DNA of 64,000 nt, from positions 27,416 through 91,415 of the IMG/VR virus record IMGVR_UViG_3300014059_000008. One strand, given 5' to 3'. The translations under genes were made by a program, and so were the position numbers. Positions 17,777 through 27,373 of this stretch are shown here, piece by piece; position 1 is the first letter of the stretch; each line of letters opens with the position of its first letter. This DNA is from a virus. Taxonomy: Duplodnaviria > Caudoviricetes. Under the pieces are notes generated by a model. It was not told where the DNA came from. It worked only from the letters and a program-made list of their open reading frames with translations, and did not search any database.

Positions 17777-18507
17777 AAGTCAGTGCTAGTACCGAATGCC
17801 GTGGCAAGTCTGCGGGCTAGCTCTGGCGCTAGTGATTGCGTCCCAGCGACAATCTTGTCAATCAGCTCTGGGACCACGTTCATCCGGGTCGCTAGATCTG
17901 CATGCGACCAACCACGCGCAGCTAGCTCCTCTTTGACCGTATCGCCCACAATGGACTCTTGCTTCTGCGCTGGTCTGCAATTCCCATCTTTCCTGCGGTG
18001 CTCGCGCAGTTCCTCTAGCAGCGGGCGCAGCCACTTCCACTCCCCAGCAGTGAAAGATAGGTCTTCGCCAAAGTATCCGCGTCCCTGTCCTTTGATGGTT
18101 TGCTTGCTGAAGTCTTTGCTTGCAAGGTACGCGCTGACACCTGGGTCGCTTCCATGCAGCTGCGCGCCAAACTCTGCTAGCAGCTCACGCTCTGCCTTCA
18201 TGCGCTCTACGATGCGCTTGTCTTCTGGGTCTTGCCCAGATGGCGGCATCTGCAGCTGAACGTCTACGCCTTGCTGATCGGTTGCCATGACAATCCGAAA
18301 TTGCACATCGCGTAGCGCATTGATTGCCGCCTGCATTTCATCAATCGTCGAGAAGTATTTCGCTTCCTGCAGGATTGGTTGAGTACCGCTGCCGGGTGGA
18401 GGAACGGGCTGCTGAATCTCAATCAACAGCCTGAACTTTGCTTCTGGATGCGCTGCGAATCGACAAGCTAGCCAGTCTAATTTCGGCTGCATTACTTCGG
18501 CTCCCAC
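17737..18507 (-). CDS. protein with C-terminal HigA-like HTH domain
   Basis: GDTVKEELAARGWSHADLATRM...LARRLATAFGTSTDFWMNLE. Confidence 0.75.
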   Translation of the reverse strand: MGAEVMQPKLDWLACRFAAHPEAKFRLLIEIQQPVPPPGSGTQPILQEAKYFSTIDEMQAAINALRDVQFRIVMATDQQGVDVQLQMPPSGQDPEDKRIVERMKAERELLAEFGAQLHGSDPGVSAYLASKDFSKQTIKGQGRGYFGEDLSFTAGEWKWLRPLLEELREHRRKDGNCRPAQKQESIVGDTVKEELAARGWSHADLATRMNVVPELIDKIVAGTQSLAPELARRLATAFGTSTDFWMNLEACRRSSK

Positions 18508-18797
18508 GGCGACACCACGACCGAAGTTTCTACCTCACCGCTTGCGTTCTTCCTCTTGGTCACGCTGACTACCAGCACATACTCAGGGCATGGGATGGCC
18601 TTCCATGTGGCCAGCTTGGCGTCGAACTCTTCCTCTGACATGCCATTGATATCGATCTCTTCCACTTCGTCGGGCCGTGGCACGTTTCCGACCTTAAAGT
18701 GTCCCCAGGTGTTTTTTACAACCTGCCCCACTCTGATGTCTCGATAGCCGTCATAGATCTCGATAGCTGTTTGCATCGCCTGTACTCCTAGCCCCAC
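18492..18797 (-). CDS. hypothetical protein
   Basis: ~100-aa ORF. Confidence 0.6.
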   Translation of the reverse strand: MGLGVQAMQTAIEIYDGYRDIRVGQVVKNTWGHFKVGNVPRPDEVEEIDINGMSEEEFDAKLATWKAIPCPEYVLVVSVTKRKNASGEVETSVVVSPWEPK

Positions 18798-18823
18798 ATG
18801 AGCGGGGCTTGCCGGTATATGGT

Positions 18824-18997
18824 TTATTGCTTTGCCTGCTCCTGGTTGCTTTTCATTTCAACCCAGTGGTGGACATCTGGGCACGTTGCATTCATGTGCT
18901 TAGCCCACGCATCTGCCACATTAATTGCAACCCACTCGCCATGCCCTTGGTCGCCGGTTTTTCTGGTAATCCACGCCACTCTAGCCATCATATCCAT
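18824..18997 (-). CDS. 57-aa hypothetical protein (absent from the ORF track)
   Basis: MDMMARVAWITRKTGDQGHGEW...AKQ*, with AGAGGA RBS. Confidence 0.6.
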   Translation of the reverse strand: MDMMARVAWITRKTGDQGHGEWVAINVADAWAKHMNATCPDVHHWVEMKSNQEQAKQ

Positions 18998-19039
18998 GTC
19001 CTCTGTCTTTAAGCCCGCGTTACCGGGGCTTGCCGGTTG

Positions 19040-19681
19040 TTAACGCTTAATTTTGCTAGCTGCGCCCCATGCGGTAGCGCTTTTCCAAAATGTCGGCGCG
19101 TCGTAGTACTTAGTGACCAAGTGGTCCGCCAGCATCTCCAGGGTCTTGTGGACTGGTATCCCAAGCCGGTTCAGATGAAACCGCGTAAGCCCTCCGCGCT
19201 GTGGTAGCGCACCCGGTTCTGGCATTCCGATCACCAGCGCCCGCATGGCATCCTCATCGGTGCCGATAGCTTGGTACTCGCCAAGAGCCATTCCTAGCTC
19301 TAGCCGCGTGTCAAACCCCGGTCTGCTGTTTGGGTCGGTCTTCTCGCCAATGGCGTAGTCCAACCAGAAGACCTGGACCGAGCACCGGCTGATTTGCTTG
19401 TGCTCCCATGCCGCCGGGTCAAAGTCCGGGTACTGCTCCCGCCCTTGCGCATGAGTTAGACCAGACCCGAACTCGGGAACGCCAATGATGACATCTTTAT
19501 CGCCTAGCCATGGCCGGACTAGCTCGATAAGCTGCTCCCGCCATGGGGAGATCTGAGAGCCATTCTGCGGGCCTGGGGATGGGCCACAGAGCATGATGTC
19601 GCAAGTCCTAGGGTCGCGGTAGTTGGCAATGATCATGGCGGCTGTCCTTTGTTTTGGGGCACGTCGTGTGCCGATGTCCAA
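19040..19681 (-). CDS. nucleoside 2-deoxyribosyltransferase-like protein
   Basis: IMLCGP...WRE...WE...VFW...TRLELG pattern. Confidence 0.65.
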   Translation of the reverse strand: MDIGTRRAPKQRTAAMIIANYRDPRTCDIMLCGPSPGPQNGSQISPWREQLIELVRPWLGDKDVIIGVPEFGSGLTHAQGREQYPDFDPAAWEHKQISRCSVQVFWLDYAIGEKTDPNSRPGFDTRLELGMALGEYQAIGTDEDAMRALVIGMPEPGALPQRGGLTRFHLNRLGIPVHKTLEMLADHLVTKYYDAPTFWKSATAWGAASKIKR

Positions 19682-19772
19682 GACAACTACCGCGACTTTT
19701 TGCGCATGTCTACAAAAATGTTACAGAACCCGCGATTTATTTCATCCGTACGTTAAGTCACGCCGGGAACCG

Positions 19773-21380
19773 CTAGCGAATGGCCCTGCTATACCACTCC
19801 TCGGTTTGCATCATCATCCCGCCCGGCATCTCTGCGGCGTGCTGGGAAAGCATGAGCGCCCATGCTGTATCTCCATGTCCACCGTCTTTGGTGGTGTCTC
19901 GCTTCATCTGAAACAGGGGCTTTGACCCGTCGCGGGACACGATTCTGTGCAGGTTTAGAAGGCCACGTATCAGCTCGGCATTGTCGGGGATTCGCTGCTT
20001 ACCAGCCTCGAACAGACGCTTGCACCGGGTAGCCATGACTTCTTTTGACTGGATATTGAAATCGACAGCCATAACCCTCTCTCTGAACTCGGACACGAGC
20101 CGTTTGGCCATGTCTCGACCGATGCCGGTAGCGTCTACTGCTGCACGCTGCACGTTGTGCGTATTCAGCTCTTGGCGCACCCACTCTTCCTGCGTCGCAA
20201 AGCTAACACCGCGCCCCGTCTGCACGGTTTCATCCATCCAGTAGTTCTGGTCCTTGCCGATGACATATCCGTCGGGCGCATACCCAAGCCTGTAGTTTCT
20301 GACCAGGGCGCATGGATCAGCGCCAGATCTCGACGACTCTGCTACGTCGAGCCCCGAGAATGCCGCACATGCAGACCGATACCTAGCCAGCTCATCGCGC
20401 AGCTGGTAAGGCCCATAGGTCGCCTTGTCGATTACCTCTCGCGGGATGTACCGCGACGACGACGAGTTAAAGTTGCAGCAGTACTCTTCGTCAAAGATCT
20501 CCTGAAGACCGCACTCAGACCGGATCGCCTCGATTGCCGCCAGCTTGTCTTCTTCGGATGAGCCAGCCGGTGCGCCTTTGAGCGGGAAGCCATCACGCAC
20601 AGCCTGATAGATGTCGACCCGGTGTCGAGAGAAGTTCTTGCCAGCATCAGTCATGCTCAGCTCAAAGAACATGGTGTCGTCGCCGCACGGGGTGCCGATC
20701 ACTTCGATGGTGAAGCCTTCCGGGTAGCCAAGTGTCGCCATGGACACCGGCTTTGCAGCTGCCCAGATCTGCGCGGCGTACGGCATAACGCCAAACTCGT
20801 CGAGGATGACATGGCCCTCGAAGCTGCGGATCGTGCGCGGGTTTGCAGCGAATGCTCTCAGCTCTGCCCCATTGGCCAGCCTTACCCGGTCCGCTGATGG
20901 GTCGCCGAAAATCAAGTCGTCCTGATGTCGAGTGACTTTCTTGCGCTTGGTCTTTGAGTGGATGTGCGCAGTGTGGGCCGGTATGCCTTTCAGCTCGTCG
21001 CAGATGGCCTCTATGACCTCGGGCGTGAGCGGCAAACCGTGGCGCTTAGCGATGTCAATGGCTCTGTCGATGTCGTCCGGGATGCGGTCCCACCTCTGCA
21101 CATGCTCGGCACAGCGGCGCAGCATGTCGCGGGCCTGACGGTGACTGGCGCTGATAATGTTGACCGTTGCCCCGGTGGATGGGTCAAGTCTGCCAGTGCA
21201 TACGTCATAGCCGACAGCCTTACAGGCCCCGCTGAAGGTCGCGACCTCGGAGCCACCGATACGCCGCGACTTGACCATGATCTTCAGTCGCGACCTATCA
21301 GCCAGCCACCGCCGCTGGTACGCCACAAACGCCAGCGACGCCTTCTTGATCGACCCCGGAATATCACCCAGACCTGCCAC
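19773..21380 (-). CDS. terL: terminase large subunit (Mu gp28-like)
   Basis: YQRRW, KSRRIGGS Walker A, VILDEF Walker B, GTP.G, EEYCCNF, GLDVA, VDATGIG, HGDTAWAL. Confidence 0.92.
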   Translation of the reverse strand: MAGLGDIPGSIKKASLAFVAYQRRWLADRSRLKIMVKSRRIGGSEVATFSGACKAVGYDVCTGRLDPSTGATVNIISASHRQARDMLRRCAEHVQRWDRIPDDIDRAIDIAKRHGLPLTPEVIEAICDELKGIPAHTAHIHSKTKRKKVTRHQDDLIFGDPSADRVRLANGAELRAFAANPRTIRSFEGHVILDEFGVMPYAAQIWAAAKPVSMATLGYPEGFTIEVIGTPCGDDTMFFELSMTDAGKNFSRHRVDIYQAVRDGFPLKGAPAGSSEEDKLAAIEAIRSECGLQEIFDEEYCCNFNSSSSRYIPREVIDKATYGPYQLRDELARYRSACAAFSGLDVAESSRSGADPCALVRNYRLGYAPDGYVIGKDQNYWMDETVQTGRGVSFATQEEWVRQELNTHNVQRAAVDATGIGRDMAKRLVSEFRERVMAVDFNIQSKEVMATRCKRLFEAGKQRIPDNAELIRGLLNLHRIVSRDGSKPLFQMKRDTTKDGGHGDTAWALMLSQHAAEMPGGMMMQTEEWYSRAIR

Positions 21381-21385
21381 TATGG

Positions 21386-22168
21386 TTACTTCTTACTGGC
21401 CGTCTGCAGGTTTGCAAAGTCATCTATTGCCGGGATTATGTTGCCCTTTGAGTCACGTCGCTCGATGGGGTCTACCGGGCCACCGGGGAAGTGCATGCCG
21501 GTGACAAGGCGAGAGCGCACGGACTTTACCAGCTCGGCCTCCGCTTCTGGGCGCGGTCCGTCGTCATCTGCAAAGTTCTCGGCGATGACACTAGTGGCCG
21601 CGATGACCGCTTGCGCAGCACCGGGCTTGCCTGACATCGCCTGATGCAGCGCCATAAGCCGGGCCGCGTTTGCAAACTGGTAGTCCTGGCTATTCTGCCT
21701 TCTCGGGTCTGGCGGCAGAGACTGGATGTTGTTGATGAGGTTCATCACAGCCGCTGGGGTGTTCTCGGTGAATCCACACAGGCGAGCTAGCGACATGAGG
21801 ATGGTCGATGCTCCCGTGGGGTTCCCCTGCCCAAGTGCCGCCCGGTAGCACTGCAGGAACATGGCCACGATCTGCTCTTTGCTGACCGTCGAGCATGACC
21901 GGAATTGGTCAAGCCCGCGATCCATCATTGCGTTGGCCATCTTCATGGGCAGCTTGCGGTGGATAAAGCACGGCTTAGGGCACGCCTTGACGCCAGCAAT
22001 GCGGTCTTCTACGTCGTGATCCCGCATGAGCTTGGCCCGTATCTCACGCCCGTCGTAGCCCTGAGCAAGATGCTCCTCAATGGCTAGCAGGGTTTGATCG
22101 TCAAGCTGCTCTGCGGTCCACCCCTCTGAATGATCGTCAGCGGGTGCCGGTTCTCTTTTTTTGGCCAT
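21386..22168 (-). CDS. hypothetical protein, possible terminase small subunit
   Basis: Helical protein directly upstream of terL; call rests on position only. Confidence 0.45.
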   Translation of the reverse strand: MAKKREPAPADDHSEGWTAEQLDDQTLLAIEEHLAQGYDGREIRAKLMRDHDVEDRIAGVKACPKPCFIHRKLPMKMANAMMDRGLDQFRSCSTVSKEQIVAMFLQCYRAALGQGNPTGASTILMSLARLCGFTENTPAAVMNLINNIQSLPPDPRRQNSQDYQFANAARLMALHQAMSGKPGAAQAVIAATSVIAENFADDDGPRPEAEAELVKSVRSRLVTGMHFPGGPVDPIERRDSKGNIIPAIDDFANLQTASKK

Positions 22169-22187
22169 GGGTCACGCAGCCTTCGCG

Positions 22188-22802
22188 TTACCTCTGCCTG
22201 CTGAGTAGATCCAGCGCTGAGCCGTACTGTGGGCTTCCAGTCGAGAGTGTGCCCGCGCAGTAGATGGACACACCGTCGTCAAACTGGTTCTTGCCGCAGA
22301 TGCAGTGGTGCCGGGTCGCAATCTTGACCATCACCCCTTGCGCCTCGACGTGGGCAATCAGCGCATCAGCTACCGAGCGCGCGATGCTTTCCGGCGTAGT
22401 CAGCCGTCGAGCAAACATCTTGACCAGCCGGTTCATGTTTCCAACGGGTACGGTCCGCCGGTCGCCAGTCCCCAGGTGCTTGGGGATGTACGCAATCTTG
22501 ACCGCCACGCTCATCGGCTGCAGGTGCTCGGCGCAAGTGCTAGCAGATCCCAGGCTTCTGACGGTGACAATGTTCGACGTTGGCAGCGACACTCGGTATG
22601 GGCTCGTGCATTCCGTGGTATGCGCCAAAACATCGGCGGCATTTTGGAAGTAACCTTCGGTAGCCCGTAAATGCGATTGTGCTGCGTTCTGAGCCGTGTC
22701 TAAAACGAGCCGTTCCCGCTCCTCTGGTGGGATTCCAAGCTCGTCTAGCAGGCTTTCTAGGATTGTTCTAATGCGGTTCTCGTCTCTCATGTGTGCCTCC
22801 AA
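22188..22802 (-). CDS. folE: GTP cyclohydrolase I-like protein (divergent)
   Basis: STCAEHLQP, IAYIP, RLVKMFARRL, GVMVKIATRHHC. Confidence 0.8.
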   Translation of the reverse strand: MEAHMRDENRIRTILESLLDELGIPPEERERLVLDTAQNAAQSHLRATEGYFQNAADVLAHTTECTSPYRVSLPTSNIVTVRSLGSASTCAEHLQPMSVAVKIAYIPKHLGTGDRRTVPVGNMNRLVKMFARRLTTPESIARSVADALIAHVEAQGVMVKIATRHHCICGKNQFDDGVSIYCAGTLSTGSPQYGSALDLLSRQR

Positions 22803-23097
22803 TGTGGCAATGAGAGCTTAACGAGATATAAAAACTTGCGCTATCTCAAAATGTAGTCGATTGATGGATGGGTAATCGGATTACTTCAGGTGTTCGCGCA
22901 GCAGCTGCTTAGACACGGTGCGGTCGGTAATCCACATCAGCCGCCTGAGTGCGTCCGCGATTGAGTCAAAGTAGGCGCGCTGCTTTCCGGTCCAGCAGAT
23001 GCAGTGCGCCTTGGGGTCGATGTGGATTTTTACAAGCATGGCACTCGATGCAACGCGGCAACCGCATCGAACTCCTCTTCTGTGAATACGACTGGCA

Positions 23098-23454
23098 TCA
23101 GTCCATCTCTTGCCCAAGGCTCATGACCACTTCGCGCTCAGTGACCACGCCGTTATGGACTCGCAGCCCTGTTAGACTGTCGCCGCCTTCCCAGATTACC
23201 AGCAGGTCTGCGCTCCCTTGCGTGTACGACAACGCGCGAAACAGAGCCTCCTCATCGTTTGCGCATTCCCCGCACCACTCGACTTGCCCGATCTGGAACA
23301 CATCAAACGCCTGGTTTAGCTGCTTAATGTCGTCGATAAAGCATCGCGCGGGCATCTTGCCGCGTAGCTCAGTCGATGCCTTGGCTAAGTCAGCGGCGTT
23401 TATTGTGAGCTTTTCGGTGCCGATGTATTTGATGCTGGTGATGTTGTACGCCAT
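23098..23454 (-). CDS. hypothetical protein
   Basis: GGCAGGAG RBS; WEGGDS motif. Confidence 0.7.
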   Translation of the reverse strand: MAYNITSIKYIGTEKLTINAADLAKASTELRGKMPARCFIDDIKQLNQAFDVFQIGQVEWCGECANDEEALFRALSYTQGSADLLVIWEGGDSLTGLRVHNGVVTEREVVMSLGQEMD

Positions 23455-23664
23455 GGTCCGCTCCTGCCTATGTGTTGCGTCCGTAAATCAGCGGCTTAAG
23501 TCGAGCCCGTTGTTTGGCTTTATCGTCTTCCGTAACAGATCTGCCACTTAGCAATGCAGCCACGGTTTCAGAGACGACCAAGTATCCGTCCCGCGCTGCA
23601 GCTGCAATGCCTCTCAGCTCCGTGCGCTTCCTGGTGATGCAGATGCGATACGGGTTTCCTGAAC

Positions 23665-23961
23665 TCATAGCTCACTGCTGCCATTTTCGATGACGTATTT
23701 CAGATACCCAGTATGGTTGACACCAAATGCAGCATCACTCATGGACCGCCGCGCTGCTTCATTGGCTTCCCATACTACTTGGGCCAGTTCTTTTGTGATC
23801 GTCAGACCGCCATGTATGGCATTTCCTAGCGCAGACCGCGCTGGCTTACTCATGAATTGCAGGTATCCATCGTCGCGCACACAGTCTAGCGTAAACAGGT
23901 AGGTCTTCCCGCCGTTGGGGTAGGTGAAAACAATCTTGTCGCCCGGCTTCCATTCTTTCAT
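23665..23961 (-). CDS. hypothetical protein
   Basis: Start MKEWKPG with AAGGA RBS. Confidence 0.6.
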   Translation of the reverse strand: MKEWKPGDKIVFTYPNGGKTYLFTLDCVRDDGYLQFMSKPARSALGNAIHGGLTITKELAQVVWEANEAARRSMSDAAFGVNHTGYLKYVIENGSSEL

Positions 23962-24129
23962 CGTCGTGTCCTTTTCCTTGGTGTGGCTATTTTCTGCGAA
24001 GACTTTTGATAAGCGCCGCCATGCCTTTGGCTGCTGGTGACTCGCGGATAATCTGCGATGCGCCAACTACTACGGCATCGACTCCGCGCAGCATGGCGCG
24101 CTTGCGGCTGCGCTTGATTCTAGTCTTGG

Positions 24130-24561
24130 TCACTTCTGCACGCCCTCCCAGAACCACACCCAGCGCCCGTGTTGCTCGCCGTAGATCATGACCGTTGGCT
24201 GCCATGACGCGCATACCATCCTCCATTCCGCTGGCGTCTCAGGCTCAACGGGCATCGTTATCGCAGTGTCTGGACTGTTCACGCCTACTTGGTGGCTGTA
24301 GGTGACTTGGCGCAGCAGCTTTGGCGCTTCGTGTATCTGGTCTGCAATCTTGATTGCTTCGGCTTTTACTTCCGCCCACGTCTTTCCGTGTGGCCTAAAA
24401 TGCCGCGCCTGTGCTTTGAACAAATCGCAAGCATCGTACATGCCTCCGTTGAGCCCTTCCCACTCGCCGTGCGCTTTTAGAAACTCAGGCCAGATGAACG
24501 ATTTGTTCACGCCTAGGTTTTCTCGGTCGTGCTTCTCTGCGTCAAATTCTCTGAAGCTCAT
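24130..24561 (-). CDS. hypothetical protein
   Basis: Coupled 143-aa ORF. Confidence 0.6.
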   Translation of the reverse strand: MSFREFDAEKHDRENLGVNKSFIWPEFLKAHGEWEGLNGGMYDACDLFKAQARHFRPHGKTWAEVKAEAIKIADQIHEAPKLLRQVTYSHQVGVNSPDTAITMPVEPETPAEWRMVCASWQPTVMIYGEQHGRWVWFWEGVQK

Positions 24562-25034
24562 GCTTCACCAGTTCCCTTGCGCGGCCCACTCTGCCCCAAC
24601 TTGTCCAGCTGCAGCCCCTGAGTTATCGCAGCCCAGAAGATATCTGCCGGGCATGCGCCTTGTCTGCGCTCTTTGATGTAGTTGACCGCCTCAACCAAAC
24701 TCATCCCAACGTAGCGACACAGGTACGCAGCCACCAAAGCAACCGAGCGACTTTGACCGACACCGCAGTGAACTAGGACGCATCCTTTGGCGATATGCTC
24801 GGCGATGAATGCAAATGCTGCATCTAGGTGTTTCTCTAGTCCTTTCTCGCCGTCTCGCAGGTCAATCATGTGGACCGGAACGCCAGCGGGTACTGCGGGC
24901 GCTCCATACTGCTCGTCCCATGGAGCAGTGGCGAGAAGAGAGACAACAGCGCAGAAGCCTTCCGTTGCCCTGGATGCGACATCTCCAATGGCTAGGCGGT
25001 CAGTGATGAAGCTGTAGTCGCCGGGCATGATCAA
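24558..25034 (-). CDS. dual-specificity protein phosphatase
   Basis: VLVHCGVGQSRS (HCx5R) active site; AYL...A...IK..R. Confidence 0.9.
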   Translation of the reverse strand: MIMPGDYSFITDRLAIGDVASRATEGFCAVVSLLATAPWDEQYGAPAVPAGVPVHMIDLRDGEKGLEKHLDAAFAFIAEHIAKGCVLVHCGVGQSRSVALVAAYLCRYVGMSLVEAVNYIKERRQGACPADIFWAAITQGLQLDKLGQSGPRKGTGEA

Positions 25035-25243
25035 TTCATCCCCGTTGTTTTCACAGACCCGGCATATTTCAGATCGAACATTGTGTTCTCTCCGGGCACC
25101 TTCACTACATCGAACCGGTGATTCAACTCTACATCGGCAACGATGATCTCGCTCGGTACGCTTCCATTCTCAAGCTCAGTCAGCAGCTTGTTTATTGCGC
25201 GCACCATAATAACTGGCAGCATCTTTTGCTCGGCCTCGGTCAC
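25031..25243 (-). CDS. hypothetical protein
   Basis: Coupled ORF. Confidence 0.5.
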   Translation of the reverse strand: MTEAEQKMLPVIMVRAINKLLTELENGSVPSEIIVADVELNHRFDVVKVPGENTMFDLKYAGSVKTTGMN

Positions 25244-25980
25244 TTAGCACCGTCCTTTGCTGCAATCTTCGCCAGCTTTGCCTCAGCTTGTGCCATGGCA
25301 TCCATGAGCGTTGCAGCTTCGCCCATGCGACCTTGTGCCCACCACCCCCAGCCTTCGTGCCCGGTTTCTGGGCATGGCATTGTGGTGTAAACCACGTACG
25401 CCTGCACGTCTGCATCCTCATGTTTCTTGTCGCCCCAGATCCACTTGCCTTCGACTAGGCACATGGGGATGGGGTTGAGGCCATCGCAATAGCACGATGG
25501 ATCGAATACGATATTTTTGCGCGCCCAAGCCAGCACAGCTGATGCGTCAATTTGCCCGTCTTTGTCTGCCGTTGGGAATGGTTCGCTGTCTTTGATGATG
25601 CTTGCCTGAGCATCGGAGACAACATCTGCGAGTCTAACGTCAACCAGCTCCCAGCAATCGGCCTCGCCCATTGGTGGGCTGTCGTCGCAGCCAAAGTCGA
25701 TGATGTCTTGTTCATCAATCAGCTGGTCAACTTCGATGGTGCGCATTTCACCGACGCGCATCTTGCGAACAAAGTCCGCGATATTCTCCCGCACTGCATC
25801 GTCAGAATGCCCGTGATTCTGTGCGATGAGCTTTTCACCAGCAGCAAACTCCGCGATAGCTTCATTTATCAAAGCATACGCATCGTCTGACGTTTCTTGG
25901 ACGCATTCACCGTCTTGATACCACCCGTATTTTTCCATCAGCTCACATCCATCCTTCCGCCTATAGCCCCAGATTCCCAC
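25240..25980 (-). CDS. acidic hypothetical protein (likely start MEKY near 25938)
   Basis: ORF coupled to the ATPase stop. Confidence 0.65.
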   Translation of the reverse strand: MGIWGYRRKDGCELMEKYGWYQDGECVQETSDDAYALINEAIAEFAAGEKLIAQNHGHSDDAVRENIADFVRKMRVGEMRTIEVDQLIDEQDIIDFGCDDSPPMGEADCWELVDVRLADVVSDAQASIIKDSEPFPTADKDGQIDASAVLAWARKNIVFDPSCYCDGLNPIPMCLVEGKWIWGDKKHEDADVQAYVVYTTMPCPETGHEGWGWWAQGRMGEAATLMDAMAQAEAKLAKIAAKDGAK

Positions 25981-26963
25981 GCATGCCCGAGTGAATAGTC
26001 TTTCAGCCAGTGCTCTAGTGGTTCTTGCTCTACGCGATTTAGCTCCGTGTAATCAAATGGACGCTCCACTACTACGACATCTTCCGGCGTCTCTGAGAAC
26101 TCGCTCACCATGCCAGGGTTGTTTGTGGTCATGACAATCTGGCAGTACTCGGATGCGCGCTTGATCACATCGGCCAGACGGTGAAGCATGTCCGGGTGAA
26201 GTCCGGCGTCTGGTTCCTCTAGTAGCAGGATGCCTGGGTTTTTACGCCACAGAGGCCCCATAAGAAACGCCAGCAACCCAAGGTAGGTGCGCATGCCTGA
26301 AGACAAGTTCTTTGTCAGCACTAAACGTCCGCTTTTCTCCCTCAGTCCTACCGTCGGAAGGTGAGCCAATGTATTGACGATCTCAAACCCTCGGAAGTCG
26401 CCGTACATGGCCTTGAACTCGTGCGTAATCTGCTCTGTCAACATCTTGTCGCCGCCATGCACTGCAGCTGCAAAATACGTCTGCCCTGCCCTGTTGAACT
26501 TGTGAATGTCGAGCATGCAGCGCATCTCGTCGCGCACTTCGTAGGCCATTTCCTTGCGAGCGATTCCAGATACACCGTGGAACTCGTAGGACAATTTCCG
26601 CTGGCCTTCGGTCTTCGTGATCTTCTCGCTCTCTAAGTAACCCTGCCTACGCTGCTGCATCTGGTGAGCAATGACGATCTCGCACTCTGACTTAGACTCA
26701 TCGCTTACTGTGTCACCTTCCATCAGCGCATGGACTTTGATGTCTGGATTCTGAACATCGCGCGCCCATTCGTCGTCGTACAGGAACGGCATCTCATGGC
26801 TGCGCCCATTGGCGAAGATGTTGAGCATTTCCAGCGCCATCAGCACAGTGCTTTTGCCTGCCCCATGCGGGCCTATCAGCACAGTGCGGGGCTTTAGGTC
26901 TAGCGTGACCGGGGTTGGTCCGAAGCTGCGCAGACCGCTAATCGTTATCGACTTGATTCTCAT
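25938..26963 (-). CDS. ABC/AAA_21-type ATPase (COG4637-like)
   Basis: GLRSFG, GPHGAGKST, LSSGM signature, LLLEEPDAGLHP, TTNNP, SLGHAWESGAIGG. Confidence 0.85.
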   Translation of the reverse strand: MRIKSITISGLRSFGPTPVTLDLKPRTVLIGPHGAGKSTVLMALEMLNIFANGRSHEMPFLYDDEWARDVQNPDIKVHALMEGDTVSDESKSECEIVIAHQMQQRRQGYLESEKITKTEGQRKLSYEFHGVSGIARKEMAYEVRDEMRCMLDIHKFNRAGQTYFAAAVHGGDKMLTEQITHEFKAMYGDFRGFEIVNTLAHLPTVGLREKSGRLVLTKNLSSGMRTYLGLLAFLMGPLWRKNPGILLLEEPDAGLHPDMLHRLADVIKRASEYCQIVMTTNNPGMVSEFSETPEDVVVVERPFDYTELNRVEQEPLEHWLKDYSLGHAWESGAIGGRMDVS

Positions 26964-27373
26964 CGTCCACTCATCCTTTTTAGGATTAGATCTAGGCGCT
27001 TACGTAGCGCTGTCACTGACTCTACCGTCTCAAACTTCAGGACCACTTCCGGGCCATCGACTATCTCTCGGAGCATGTGCGGGCGCGCGATGGACTGCAG
27101 CCGGATCTCTTGCTGGCCCGTGGTCATCAGCACCCGGCCATCGCCAAAGCACACGGCTGTGACATTGCCTTCGGCCTGGATGCTGCGCTGGATTGGTAGC
27201 TCCCGCTGGCCTACCGGCTGCTGCTTTGGTCGCGCCTTGTCCGCTTTCGCAATGCGCTGCACGCTAGAGCGGCTTACGTCGTACTGCCTAGCAACTACAC
27301 CCTGACGCAGCCCAGACCGCGCCCCAAGCGCAATAAGGGCTCTTTTGGCGTATGGGATGCGCTTAGATCGCAC
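26960..27373 (-). CDS. HTH-containing protein
   Basis: GLRQGVVARQYDVSRSSVQRI. Confidence 0.65.
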   Translation of the reverse strand: MRSKRIPYAKRALIALGARSGLRQGVVARQYDVSRSSVQRIAKADKARPKQQPVGQRELPIQRSIQAEGNVTAVCFGDGRVLMTTGQQEIRLQSIARPHMLREIVDGPEVVLKFETVESVTALRKRLDLILKRMSGR

